Below, piece after piece: positions 19,122 to 29,101 of a DNA stretch of 64,000 bases (position 1 is its first letter; each line of letters starts with the position of its first letter). The translations under genes and the position numbers were made by a program. The DNA is from Candidatus Omnitrophota bacterium. GTDB taxonomy: Bacteria > Omnitrophota > Gorgyraeia > B26-G9. The notes beneath the pieces were generated by a model. That model saw only the letters and a program-made list of their open reading frames with translations, was not told where the DNA came from and did not search any database. Location: NCBI GenBank assembly GCA_018817165.1, contig JAHITY010000124.1:97973-161972 (forward strand), read 5' to 3'.

Positions 19122-20618
19122 ATGCAATTTAGCAAAAAAATAAAGAAAGTCATGTTGATTTTTCCTACAGGAAAAGTCTTGAAATGGCGTTTTCATCATT
19201 GCGAAATTCCTATGGGTCTGGCATATTTAGCAGCTGTTTTAAGAGATGATTTTGAAGTTAAAGTTCTTGATGGCCGGGCAAAATTTCAAAGGATAGTCCC
19301 GAAAAACAGTAAATGGGAGTATTTTGGATATAAGCCAGAGGAGATTGCCGCGCAGGTTAAAGCGTATGCTCCGGATGTAGTGGGAATCAGCTGTCTTTCT
19401 TCATTTCATTTTTCCGATGTTGCGGATTTATTTGAACGTATTAAGCAAGTAGATAAAGATATTATTACTGTAACCGGAGGAACTCATCCGACCTTTTTAG
19501 CTGATGAAGTTATGAAAAAACACACCAGTATTGATTTTATTGTTATGGGTGAAGGTGAACAGACTTTTCGGCAGCTGCTTCTTAATATAAATTCTGAAAA
19601 AGACTATAGCCGAATGGATGGGCTGGCTTTTCGGAGTAAGGGAACTTATCAAATTAATCCCAAGACAGAGTACATTAAAAATCTTGACGAATTGCCTTAT
19701 CCGGCATTTGATTTATTCCCCCTAGATTTTTATGAAAAAAAAAGCATTCCCTTTAGTGTTACCTCTCGCAGTAAGAAAACGATTCCAATTTTAACCAGCC
19801 GCGGCTGCGCGTCAAACTGTATATTCTGCGCGTCTAAAAATTATTGGGGTAACCGTTACCGCATGCGTTCCGCGGAAAATGTATTAGATGAAATAGAATA
19901 TGTGGTCAAAAATTACGGCGCTCGAGAAATTCAGTTTATTGATGATAATCTTACCTTAGATAAAAATAGGGCCTGTAAAATTTTTCAAGGTTTAATTGAC
20001 CGCAAGCTTGATATTCATTGGAATACGCCCAATGGTGTCGCGGTATGGACATTAGATGAAAAGATGCTTAAATTAATGAAGGCAAGCGGCTGTTATGAAT
20101 TAACTGTTGCTTTTGAAAGCGGAGCGCAGGAAGTCTTGACCGATATTATTAAAAAGCCATTGGATTTAGAATACGCGAGAAAAATGGTTAATAAGATGAA
20201 AGAACTGGGTATACAGGTGCATTCATTTTTTATTTCCGGATTTCCCGGAGAAACAAAAGAGCAAATAAAAAGAAGTTTTGCTTTTGCAAAGACCATGGAT
20301 TTAGACAGCGCTTGGTTTTTTGTCGCGAATCCGACACCCGGTTCTGAATTATATGATATTTGCAAAAAAGAAGGATATATTAATGATGATTTCTCATTTG
20401 AAAATATTGAGTATACTCTTTCGCACATAAAAAATAAGGAGTTTACTCCTAAGGAAATGGAAAAACTCGTAATAAAACAGTTTAGTGATTATAATTTAGG
20501 TCAGATGGTAAAACATCCTATTCGTTTTTTAAAAAAATATCTTGGGCTGATAATTTCCCACCCGATAATGTCTTTAAGGACTGTCTTGGCGGATATTTTA
20601 TTTTATGTAGGTAAATGA
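19122..20618 (+). CDS. B12-binding domain radical SAM protein
   Basis: TSRGCASNCIFC; SD aggaag before the ATG at 19122; close paralog of the next gene. Confidence 0.8.
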   Translation: MQFSKKIKKVMLIFPTGKVLKWRFHHCEIPMGLAYLAAVLRDDFEVKVLDGRAKFQRIVPKNSKWEYFGYKPEEIAAQVKAYAPDVVGISCLSSFHFSDVADLFERIKQVDKDIITVTGGTHPTFLADEVMKKHTSIDFIVMGEGEQTFRQLLLNINSEKDYSRMDGLAFRSKGTYQINPKTEYIKNLDELPYPAFDLFPLDFYEKKSIPFSVTSRSKKTIPILTSRGCASNCIFCASKNYWGNRYRMRSAENVLDEIEYVVKNYGAREIQFIDDNLTLDKNRACKIFQGLIDRKLDIHWNTPNGVAVWTLDEKMLKLMKASGCYELTVAFESGAQEVLTDIIKKPLDLEYARKMVNKMKELGIQVHSFFISGFPGETKEQIKRSFAFAKTMDLDSAWFFVANPTPGSELYDICKKEGYINDDFSFENIEYTLSHIKNKEFTPKEMEKLVIKQFSDYNLGQMVKHPIRFLKKYLGLIISHPIMSLRTVLADILFYVGK

Positions 20619-22138
20619 AAAATATTAAAAAAAATATTAAAAAAGTTTTACTTATTTTTCCTCCGGTTGTCTGTTCGCAGGAAAGTCCTAAACAGATCAT
20701 GCCGCCATTGGGGATCAGTTATCTGGGGGCTTATTTAGAAGGTGATTATGAGGTTAAGCTTCTTGATGCCGCTTTAGAAGGTTATGAGCATGAGCAAATA
20801 ATAAGTCCAGGGTTTTTTCAATATGGACTTTCTGCGGAGCAGATAAAACAAAAAATTACTGAATTTTCTCCGGATGTTGTGGGCGTATCATGTTTATATT
20901 CCAGCCAGTTTTCCGCAGTATCCAAAATTTGTGATATAGCCAAAGAAATATCTCCGCTAATAATTACTTTGATCGGAGGCACACATCCGACTTTTCTCCC
21001 TAAAGAGTGTTTGGGATTTGAATCTATTGATTTTATTTGTTTGGGAGAAGGGGAATTGCCGACAAAAGCGCTGCTTGATAGTTTTAAAAATGGAAATTCT
21101 TATGAACATATAGATGGAATTGCTTTTCGTACAGACAAAGATATTGTAATCAATCCCCAAAAAAGAATAATTGAAAATATTGATGCTTTGCCTCATCCGG
21201 CAAGGCATCTGTTGTCTTTAGATAAATATTTTAAAATTGGTTTGCCAATGGGGCTGATCAGCCGTAAGACTCCGGCGATTAATATTATAACTTCGCGGGG
21301 CTGTCCGTTTGAGTGCTCGTTTTGTTCTTCATGCCATTTTTGGAGTAGACGCTATCGAGTGCGTTCTGTGGAAAATGTTTTAGGGGAAATGGATGAGCTT
21401 AAAAAAATGGGAGTGCGAGAGTTAAAATTCTTTGATGATAATCTAACATTGGATAAGCCGCGGGCAAAGGCTTTGTTTAAGGCTATGATCAAACGCGAAT
21501 ACAATTTTAGCTGGAATACCCCCAATGGGATTGCCGCGCAAACTCTTGATGAAGAATTGCTGTATTTAATGAAAGCTAGCGGGTGTTATGAGGTGACTTT
21601 AGCCATAGAAAGCGGAGATGAACAGATATTAAAAGAAGTTCTAAAAAAACCAATTGATTTAGAATATACTATAAAAATGGCTAAGCTGATTAAGAAATTG
21701 GGCATGGATACATACGGTTTTTTTATTATTGGGTTTCCTCAGGAGACTAAAAAACAAATATATAAAACTCTAAAATTTATGGATAAAATTAAACTGGATA
21801 GAATTTCCTTGTTTATCGCAAATCCGTTGCCCGGCACAGAAATATACGATGTTTGTAAAAAACAAAATTATCTGTGCGCTCAGATTACGGGTAAAGCATT
21901 AGATTATTTTAGTTCGAGTTTTGAAACACCTGAGTTTGATTCAAAGTTTCTAGAAAAAATCAGAAGAGATTGGTATTGGGCATATAATTTAAAGCTTTTA
22001 TTAAGAAATCCTTTTAAATTTTTCCGAAATTATAGTATATTTATATTCAAAAGACCGTTATTTTTATTCCAAGTTTTAATAAAAAAACTAATTATTCCGA
22101 GCCTAATATATGGAAAACGCAAAACTTCAAAAAAATAA
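20615..22138 (+). CDS. B12-binding domain radical SAM protein
   Basis: TSRGCPFECSFC; ATGA overlap with the upstream paralog; shares HPTFL, WNTPNG and MKASGCYE blocks with 19122-20618. Confidence 0.8.
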   Translation: MKNIKKNIKKVLLIFPPVVCSQESPKQIMPPLGISYLGAYLEGDYEVKLLDAALEGYEHEQIISPGFFQYGLSAEQIKQKITEFSPDVVGVSCLYSSQFSAVSKICDIAKEISPLIITLIGGTHPTFLPKECLGFESIDFICLGEGELPTKALLDSFKNGNSYEHIDGIAFRTDKDIVINPQKRIIENIDALPHPARHLLSLDKYFKIGLPMGLISRKTPAINIITSRGCPFECSFCSSCHFWSRRYRVRSVENVLGEMDELKKMGVRELKFFDDNLTLDKPRAKALFKAMIKREYNFSWNTPNGIAAQTLDEELLYLMKASGCYEVTLAIESGDEQILKEVLKKPIDLEYTIKMAKLIKKLGMDTYGFFIIGFPQETKKQIYKTLKFMDKIKLDRISLFIANPLPGTEIYDVCKKQNYLCAQITGKALDYFSSSFETPEFDSKFLEKIRRDWYWAYNLKLLLRNPFKFFRNYSIFIFKRPLFLFQVLIKKLIIPSLIYGKRKTSKK

Positions 22139-24176
22139 ATCTAGATACATCGATCTGATTATTTGCTTAGGCATATTCTTTTTCGCGTTTTTTCTGCGCT
22201 TGATCTATCTTTATGAGTATAGAAATAATCCTTTTTTTGACAGCCCGGTAATTGATGCTTTGACTAATTATTTGTTTGCTATGCGTGCCGCTGAGGGGGA
22301 TTGGCTTGTAAAGGGAGTAGTTGTTGGTCGTGGGCCGGTGTATGTGTATTTTCTGGCTGGTTTATTTAAAATTTTTGGAGCGGGTTTTACCACGGTTCGC
22401 GTATGGCAGATGGCTTTAGGCGCGGTTAATTGTATTTTAGTGTATTTTTTAGGGAAAAAGATATTTTCTCGCTCGGTTGGGGTAATCAGTGCTTTTATCT
22501 GCAGTATGTATGGGGTGCTGATCTATTTTGACGCGGAATTTTTGTACGTGGGGCTGGCAATATTTATAAATATCCTGTTGATCTTATCTTTATTGAATTC
22601 AATCGATAGACCCAAGGTTTGGAAATGGATCGGCTGCGGGATCCTTCTGGGAGCGTCTCTTCAAACAAACGCGACTATAATATTATTCTTTCCTCTGCTC
22701 TTTATATGGTTATTTTTATCCGCGGATAAGAAAAAGCAGGATGAGCAAATAAATAACAAAAAGATCAGATTTAGAAAAGCTATGGGACCATTTTTATTAA
22801 TTGCTACTGGAGTAAGTCTGGTTATGCTTCCATTTACTTTGCGTAACTATTTTATGGGTGGAGATCTGGTAATGATCGGTTCAGCGGTGGGGATTAATTT
22901 GCATATTGGCAATAATCTGAATGCTGATGGTAAAAGTGTGAATGTCCCGACAAGGGATTTCTCTTATTCAAATCAGTGGGACGATAATACGCTGATTGCT
23001 GCTAAAAAAGGCGCGGAAAGGGAAATGGGAAGAGAAATATTGCCTTCTGAGGCTTCTAATTACTGGATACGCAAATCTCTGGGTTTTATGTTAACTAATC
23101 CTGTAACTGCTTTGTCTCTTTTTATAAGAAAATTTTATTATTTTTTTAATGCTTATGAGATTGCGGAAAATCAGAGTATTTATTTTTATCGTCTTTGGTC
23201 ACCGCTGTTAAAAATACTGGTCTTTCATAATAGGGTACTGGCTTTTCCTTTTGGAATAATTTGCCCATTAGCTTTATGGGGAATTGCTGTTTCTGCGAAA
23301 AAAAATAAGGCAGTGATGCTGCTGCTTATTTATCTGGCGGCATTTTTAATGCTTATGATGATTTTCTTTGTTTGTAGCCGTTACCGGACGATTGCTGTTC
23401 CGGTTTTCGTGATTTTTGCGGCAGTTGCTTTGGATTGGTACGCTAAACAGATAAGAGAGCGTAAATTTAAAGTTTTATTTTTATCGTTGATACCGCTGTT
23501 TTTCCTTTATCTATTTAGTAATTCGATTGTTTTTGATATTCGCCAAGAAGATCAATCGCGGTGGTTTTTAAATCTGGGCACTGCTTATCGAAATAAAGGG
23601 GAAAATGAAAAAGCAATTAAATCCTTTAAGGCGGCAGAAAAAGTAAACCCGCGTAATCCTGACGCGGTATACAATCTCGGAGTCATATATTTGGAAAAAG
23701 AAGAATATCAAGACGCAATTGAGGAATTTAGAAAATCGATTAAAATAGATGAGTATGATTCTGCGGCTTATTCCAATGTGGGCATAGTCTTGATGAAGCA
23801 AAAAAAAATTGATGAAGCTATTGCCAGTTTTCAATCAGCACTGACCTTAGACCCGGCTGATGTAACAGCAATGGCAAATCTAGGAGCTGCTTTAATTACA
23901 AAAGGCGATTATCCCGCGGCGCTACTCGTACTTAAGCAAGGACTGGAAAGGGATGAGAATTTTCCGCCACTGCATTTGCATTTGGGCATATTGTTTGAAG
24001 AAACGGGAAAGTATGCGGAGGCAGAACAAGCATATATAAGTGCGATAAAAAAAGACCCGGAATATATTCAAGCTTATTGGGGTTTGGCTAAACTTTATGA
24101 TATAATTGGACTCCCGGATAAGGCAAAGTGGGCAAGGACCAAAGCAATGTATATGGTTTCTGATAAGCTTAAATAA
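22110..24176 (+). CDS. GT-C family membrane glycosyltransferase (PMT/ArnT-like) with C-terminal TPR repeats
   Basis: N-terminal multi-helix region with FFDSPV-type loop typical of the PMT_2/ArnT family; C-terminal repeats of AxxxYxxAxxxxP TPR units. Confidence 0.65.
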   Translation: MENAKLQKNKSRYIDLIICLGIFFFAFFLRLIYLYEYRNNPFFDSPVIDALTNYLFAMRAAEGDWLVKGVVVGRGPVYVYFLAGLFKIFGAGFTTVRVWQMALGAVNCILVYFLGKKIFSRSVGVISAFICSMYGVLIYFDAEFLYVGLAIFINILLILSLLNSIDRPKVWKWIGCGILLGASLQTNATIILFFPLLFIWLFLSADKKKQDEQINNKKIRFRKAMGPFLLIATGVSLVMLPFTLRNYFMGGDLVMIGSAVGINLHIGNNLNADGKSVNVPTRDFSYSNQWDDNTLIAAKKGAEREMGREILPSEASNYWIRKSLGFMLTNPVTALSLFIRKFYYFFNAYEIAENQSIYFYRLWSPLLKILVFHNRVLAFPFGIICPLALWGIAVSAKKNKAVMLLLIYLAAFLMLMMIFFVCSRYRTIAVPVFVIFAAVALDWYAKQIRERKFKVLFLSLIPLFFLYLFSNSIVFDIRQEDQSRWFLNLGTAYRNKGENEKAIKSFKAAEKVNPRNPDAVYNLGVIYLEKEEYQDAIEEFRKSIKIDEYDSAAYSNVGIVLMKQKKIDEAIASFQSALTLDPADVTAMANLGAALITKGDYPAALLVLKQGLERDENFPPLHLHLGILFEETGKYAEAEQAYISAIKKDPEYIQAYWGLAKLYDIIGLPDKAKWARTKAMYMVSDKLK

Positions 24177-24179
24177 AAT

Positions 24180-25706
24180 CTAAAACTTCTTTTTTATTTT
24201 TTTCCCCAAAGCTTTTGAGAGTATCCATCCGGACATAATCGCGGTAGTTATGCCGGTTCCCGGAATAGTCCAATGACCAGATAAATGTAGATTTTTAATC
24301 GGGGTTGTTTGTTTTAAACGGTAGATTAAGCTTTGTTCCGGAGAATTGGCCCAACCATACATTGCTCCACGATGACTCAAAGAGAAATCATTTAAATCTT
24401 GGGGCGTAAATATCTTTTTAATCACAATATGATCAGACAAGTTTTTGACTTTTTTTTCTACCAGTTGAATCATTTCATGGGCAATTTGCTCTTTTGCGCT
24501 GCGCCAATCACGTTCTGTTTGCCAGGGGTAGAAAAGGGTTAAAATTAATGTGCTGTGACCTTTTGGCGCTAAATTCGGTTCAAGGTGGGTCGGACTATAG
24601 GCACTTAAGCAGGGAACTAGACCTTTTTCGAATTTTTCATAACATTCTTCAAAATCAAAAGATTCGTAGAAAAAATATTCGTGTTGGGCAAACCCATGTT
24701 TAGCAATATCAAAATCAAGACCTATAAATACTTTAAAAGGTCCTACAGATGGAGTTAGTTTGGATAGTTTTCGCATATAATTTTTAGGCAGAATATCCGG
24801 ATCAATCAGTTTTGTAAAAGTTTGTATTGCATCCGCATTAGAAATAACTGTTTTAGCAAATATCTTTTGGCCGTTTTCTAAGACGACTCCTTGCGCGATA
24901 TTGTTTTTAACGATAATTTCTTTAACCCCAGAGTTGAGCATAACCTTGCCTTGATTTTCCTCTATGGCGCTGACAAAGACATCAGCAATTTTTTGTGAAT
25001 TACCTTGAGGATAATAGGTGTGTTCGCCATATAGGCCGCTCATGCATGATACCATCCATAATCCAGAAGCTTTTTTCGGAGGCAATCCCAGATAAGGCCA
25101 ACATGCCGCGAATAAAGCGGCGATGTTTTTATTTTTAGTCAGTATTTTGAAAAGTTTATCGGTAGTTTTGCGAGAATTTAAAAACCAAAACAAGCCGGTA
25201 AACGGGAAGGTTAGTTTTTTTAATAATTTAATTTTTCCATAATTACTGTTTTCAACTGATTTTTTACCTTGGAAAATCCGCCCGGTAATTAGTATGTCTT
25301 GCCGCCAGGCAATCATTGTCTTAAAAAATCGGCGGATGTCTTTCTTATGGTCAGGAGCCAGGTCAATCATAGCTTTTTCAAGCCCTTCATAACTTCCGGG
25401 CAGAGAAATTTCGCGATCAGGTAGGATTAAAGTAACAAAAGGGTCAATTCTGAAAAATTTAAGTTTATCCTTAATTTTATAATCTTCAAAAACTTGCGCG
25501 CAGTTGCCATTATCATCAACTCCGGTTAATTGATGTACTGCTACGTCAAATGTATAATCTCCGATAGGAAAGGAAGAGCAATTGCCTCCGGCAACTGAGT
25601 TGCGTTCGCAAACAACTACCTTTTGCCCAGCTCTGGCTAATCCTAAAGCCGCGGATAAACCGCCCATGCCACTGCCAATAACTATCACATCTACATTATT
25701 TTGCAT
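24180..25706 (-). CDS. phytoene desaturase-family FAD-dependent oxidoreductase (CrtI-like)
   Basis: DVIVIGSGMGGLSAALGLARAGQKVVVCE dinucleotide-binding motif; ~500-aa CrtI-like length. Confidence 0.7.
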   Translation of the reverse strand: MQNNVDVIVIGSGMGGLSAALGLARAGQKVVVCERNSVAGGNCSSFPIGDYTFDVAVHQLTGVDDNGNCAQVFEDYKIKDKLKFFRIDPFVTLILPDREISLPGSYEGLEKAMIDLAPDHKKDIRRFFKTMIAWRQDILITGRIFQGKKSVENSNYGKIKLLKKLTFPFTGLFWFLNSRKTTDKLFKILTKNKNIAALFAACWPYLGLPPKKASGLWMVSCMSGLYGEHTYYPQGNSQKIADVFVSAIEENQGKVMLNSGVKEIIVKNNIAQGVVLENGQKIFAKTVISNADAIQTFTKLIDPDILPKNYMRKLSKLTPSVGPFKVFIGLDFDIAKHGFAQHEYFFYESFDFEECYEKFEKGLVPCLSAYSPTHLEPNLAPKGHSTLILTLFYPWQTERDWRSAKEQIAHEMIQLVEKKVKNLSDHIVIKKIFTPQDLNDFSLSHRGAMYGWANSPEQSLIYRLKQTTPIKNLHLSGHWTIPGTGITTAIMSGWILSKALGKKIKKKF

Positions 25707-25954
25707 ATAATTAGGGTGTTGATTTCAGACTGGTTGTTTTAATTGAAAATATTTGAATGTTTCTTCGTATTTCTAGTTGAGTTACTATATTATTTTGTTG
25801 GGTGCGAAGGATTTAAATATTATTGATATACTACTGTAACTTTTTTATAATGTCAAGTAACTTCGTGATATTCTATGCGTTTTAATATGTTTTTATTAGT
25901 TTAACTTGACAAGTGACTACCATTATGGTATCTTTAAAGCAATAGATAACCTTT

Positions 25955-26050
25955 AAATTAGTCCAGAGAGACTAGCAAGGAGTCAAAAAAATGTTGTTTT
26001 TAGCCTGCTTAAACTATACCGATCTGAGGTAAGTGAGCAGGTTTTTTTTA
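25955..26050 (+). promoter_or_regulatory. PyrR-binding RNA attenuator (binding loop plus terminator)
   Basis: uuaguCCAGAGAGacuaGCAAGGag matches the conserved PyrR binding loop; followed by hairpin cctgctt...aagtgagcagg and a U8 tract, directly upstream of pyrR. Confidence 0.7.
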
Positions 26051-26071
26051 TGCCCAATTTAAGGAGAGACA

Positions 26072-26626
26072 ATGCTGAAAAAAGAAGCGAATTTAATGGA
26101 TGATAAGATGATAAAACGCACTTTGATGCGGATCAGTCATGAAATATTGGAACGGAATAAAGGTACTGAGGGGCTGGCGATTGTCGGTATTCAATGCCGG
26201 GGAGCTTATCTTGCTCAGCGAATAGCTGATCTGATCAAAGAAATCGACGGCTCAGATGTTCCGGTGGGCATAATGGATATAACTCTTTATCGTGATGATC
26301 TGACCATGATTGATTATTGTCCGGTTGTGCACAGCACAAAAGTTGAATTTGATATTGATGATAAAAAGATTGTTTTGGTTGATGATGTTTTGTTTACCGG
26401 CAGAACGATTCGCTGCGCTTTGGATGAATTGATTGATTTGGGTAGACCGCAGAATATTCAGCTGGCTGTATTGATTGACCGCGGACATCGAGAACTGCCG
26501 ATCCGAGCGGATTATGTGGGTAAGAATTTACCGACAACTTTAGAGGAAAATGTTGAGGTCAGATTGGTTGAAGCCGATGGAAAAGATGAGATAGTTTTAA
26601 TTAACCAAAAGGAAAAACGCCAATGA
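26072..26626 (+). CDS. pyrR: bifunctional pyr operon regulator / uracil phosphoribosyltransferase
   Basis: PRTase motif [12 protein letters not shown]; PyrR-like N-terminus; SD aaggagag. Confidence 0.85.
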   Translation: MLKKEANLMDDKMIKRTLMRISHEILERNKGTEGLAIVGIQCRGAYLAQRIADLIKEIDGSDVPVGIMDITLYRDDLTMIDYCPVVHSTKVEFDIDDKKIVLVDDVLFTGRTIRCALDELIDLGRPQNIQLAVLIDRGHRELPIRADYVGKNLPTTLEENVEVRLVEADGKDEIVLINQKEKRQ

Positions 26627-27567
26627 GTGAATGGACAAGAAAAGATCTTTTGGGAATTGAGGAATTGTCTGCGCAGGAAATTGAGCTGATTTTGCAAACC
26701 GCGGAATCATTTAAAGAAGTTTCTACTCGTTCAGTTAAAAAAGTACCGACCTTGCGCGGCAAAACAATTGTCCTATTCTTCTTTGAACCGTCAACCCGGA
26801 CGAGAACAAGTTTTGAACTGGCTGCGAAAAGGTTAAGTGCCGATACTTTGAGTATTGCTACCTCAACCAGCGCGATTCAAAAAGGCGAGACGCTGAAAGA
26901 TACTTTTAAAAACATTGAAGCGATGAAAGTCGATGCGATTATTCTTCGCCATTCTTCAAGTGGAGTAATGCATACCTTGGCTGATTCCATGGGACCGTCG
27001 ATTATCAATGCCGGAGACGGTTGTCATGAACATCCTACACAAGCATTGCTTGATATGTTTACGATCAAAGAAAAAAAAGGTAAAATAAAAGGCCTGAATG
27101 TTTCGATTATCGGTGATATAACGCATTCTCGGGTTGCCCGGAGTAATATCTGGGGACTGAAAAAGTTGGGAGCGAATGTAACGATCTGCGCGCCGAGAAC
27201 TCTCTTACCGCGGGAAATTGAAAAAATGGGGGTAAATATTACCACAGATTTATCCAAAGCACTAAAAGGCGCGGATGTGATTAATATTCTGCGAATTCAA
27301 AAAGAACGCCAAAAGGCCGGATTGTTTCCTTCGATGCGCGAATACGCGATTCAGTATGGAGTGAGCAAGGAAAAGCTGGAAAAATACGCTAAAAAAGATG
27401 TATTGGTAATGCATCCCGGACCAATGAATCGAGGCATTGAGATCATGCCTGATGTTGCTGATGGGACTTATTCCGTTATTCTTGAACAGGTGACCAATGG
27501 AATTGCGGTGAGAATGGCAGTACTCTATTTGGTATCACAAGCCAATTCTGATGAACAGGAGCAATAA
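26623..27567 (+). CDS. pyrB: aspartate carbamoyltransferase catalytic subunit
   Basis: STRTRTSFE and HPTQAL motifs. Confidence 0.9.
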   Translation: MSEWTRKDLLGIEELSAQEIELILQTAESFKEVSTRSVKKVPTLRGKTIVLFFFEPSTRTRTSFELAAKRLSADTLSIATSTSAIQKGETLKDTFKNIEAMKVDAIILRHSSSGVMHTLADSMGPSIINAGDGCHEHPTQALLDMFTIKEKKGKIKGLNVSIIGDITHSRVARSNIWGLKKLGANVTICAPRTLLPREIEKMGVNITTDLSKALKGADVINILRIQKERQKAGLFPSMREYAIQYGVSKEKLEKYAKKDVLVMHPGPMNRGIEIMPDVADGTYSVILEQVTNGIAVRMAVLYLVSQANSDEQEQ

Positions 27568-27568
27568 T

Positions 27569-28864
27569 ATGAAATTACTGATAAAAAATGCCAGGGTAAT
27601 TGACGCGAAGAGTAATCTAGATGATCAGCTGGATGTTTTAATTGAAAATAGTAAGATTGTTAAAATCGCCAAAAATATAAAAGATAAAGACGCCCAGATC
27701 ATTGACGCAAAAGATAAAGTGCTGATGCCGGGTTTTGTGGATATGCATGTGCATCTTCGTGAACCTGGATATGAGTATAAGGAAACAATTAAATCTGGAA
27801 CCATGGCCGCGGCTGCCGGCGGATTTACCACTGTCTGCTGTATGCCTAATACCAATCCGGTTATTGATAATCAGGGAGTTGTTGAGTTTGTGATTTCTGA
27901 AGCGAGAAAATCAGCCTTGATTAATGTGTACCCAATTGGCGCGATTACTAAAGGATTAAAGGGCGAAGAGCTCTCGGAAATAGCGGATATGCAGAATGCG
28001 GGAATAATCGCGATCTCAGACGACGGCAAGGGAGTGATGAATGCTGATCTGATGCGTCGCGCTCTGGAATATGCTTCGATGCTGAATATCCCTGTGATTG
28101 CTCATTCGGAAGATAATGATCTGGCTTTGGGGGGAGTAATGAATGAAGGCTATGTTGCCACGAAGCTGGGTTTAAAAGGTATTCCTACTCTGGCTGAATC
28201 AACGATAATTGCCCGAGATATTGAAATTGCCCGCTATACAGATACTGGTTTGCATATTGCCCATATCAGCGCGAAAGAATCAGTGGCTTTGGTAAAAAGA
28301 GCGAAAAAGGACGGGCTAAAAATTACCTGTGAAGCAACTCCGCATCATTTCAGCTTAACTGATGAGGCCGTATTGGGCTATGATACTAATACAAAAGTTA
28401 ATCCGCCGCTGCGCTCAGATGTTGATGTCCAGGCAATTAAGCAGGGTTTGAAAAACGGAACAATTGATTGTATTGCCACTGATCACGCGCCGCATGCTGA
28501 ATCAGAAAAAGATGTGGAATATGATCATGCGCCGTTTGGAATCATTGGTTTGGAAACAGCTTTGAGTTTAGCAATCAGCGAATTGGTTGAACCGGGGATA
28601 TTGACTTTAAATCAGCTGTGTGAAAAAATGGCTTATAATCCGGCAAAGATCCTTGGTTTGGATAAAGGCTATATTGCGGAAGGCTCGATTGCAGATCTGG
28701 TGATTTTTGATCCATTAAAAGAATCAATTATCAGTGCCGCTGATTTTAAATCGAAATCTAAAAATACTCCGTTTATTGGTCAAAAAGTAAAAGGAGCAGT
28801 TTGCCTTACTATATGTAATGGAAATGTTGTTTATAATAATAATGTATCCGAAAGTGCCTGCTAG
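27569..28864 (+). CDS. pyrC: dihydroorotase
   Basis: VDMHVHLREPG metal-binding motif; DHAPH. Confidence 0.85.
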   Translation: MKLLIKNARVIDAKSNLDDQLDVLIENSKIVKIAKNIKDKDAQIIDAKDKVLMPGFVDMHVHLREPGYEYKETIKSGTMAAAAGGFTTVCCMPNTNPVIDNQGVVEFVISEARKSALINVYPIGAITKGLKGEELSEIADMQNAGIIAISDDGKGVMNADLMRRALEYASMLNIPVIAHSEDNDLALGGVMNEGYVATKLGLKGIPTLAESTIIARDIEIARYTDTGLHIAHISAKESVALVKRAKKDGLKITCEATPHHFSLTDEAVLGYDTNTKVNPPLRSDVDVQAIKQGLKNGTIDCIATDHAPHAESEKDVEYDHAPFGIIGLETALSLAISELVEPGILTLNQLCEKMAYNPAKILGLDKGYIAEGSIADLVIFDPLKESIISAADFKSKSKNTPFIGQKVKGAVCLTICNGNVVYNNNVSESAC

Positions 28865-29092
28865 GTCGCAGTCATTTCGGACTAAATTCGCGTAGGCTGA
28901 CTTGACGTCGTGAAAAGCACTCCGTAAGTCAGGCGCTTATTTATGTAATGGTGAGATTGTTTATAATAATGATTCACGAATAAGCAGCTAATCGCTGCTT
29001 CTCGTGCTAAATTCCCGGCCAAAGTACGGCGGGATAAACGCGCAGGCTGACTTGACGTCGCTAATACTCCGTAAGTCAGGCTCTCATTTAAC
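28865..29092. repeat. composite repeat: partial X-element end, duplicated pyrC 3-prime segment, full X element (inverted relative to 14146-14262)
   Basis: 28895-28933 and 29044-29089 are direct copies of ggctgacttgacgtcg-N8-actccgtaagtcagg; 28937-28974 is a degenerate copy of pyrC codons at 28809-28845. Confidence 0.65.
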
Positions 29093-29101
29093 TGGGAACT
29101 T

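Noticed and set aside
24494-24703. 69-aa plus-strand ORF
   Set aside because: Antisense to the CrtI-like gene; no SD or promoter context
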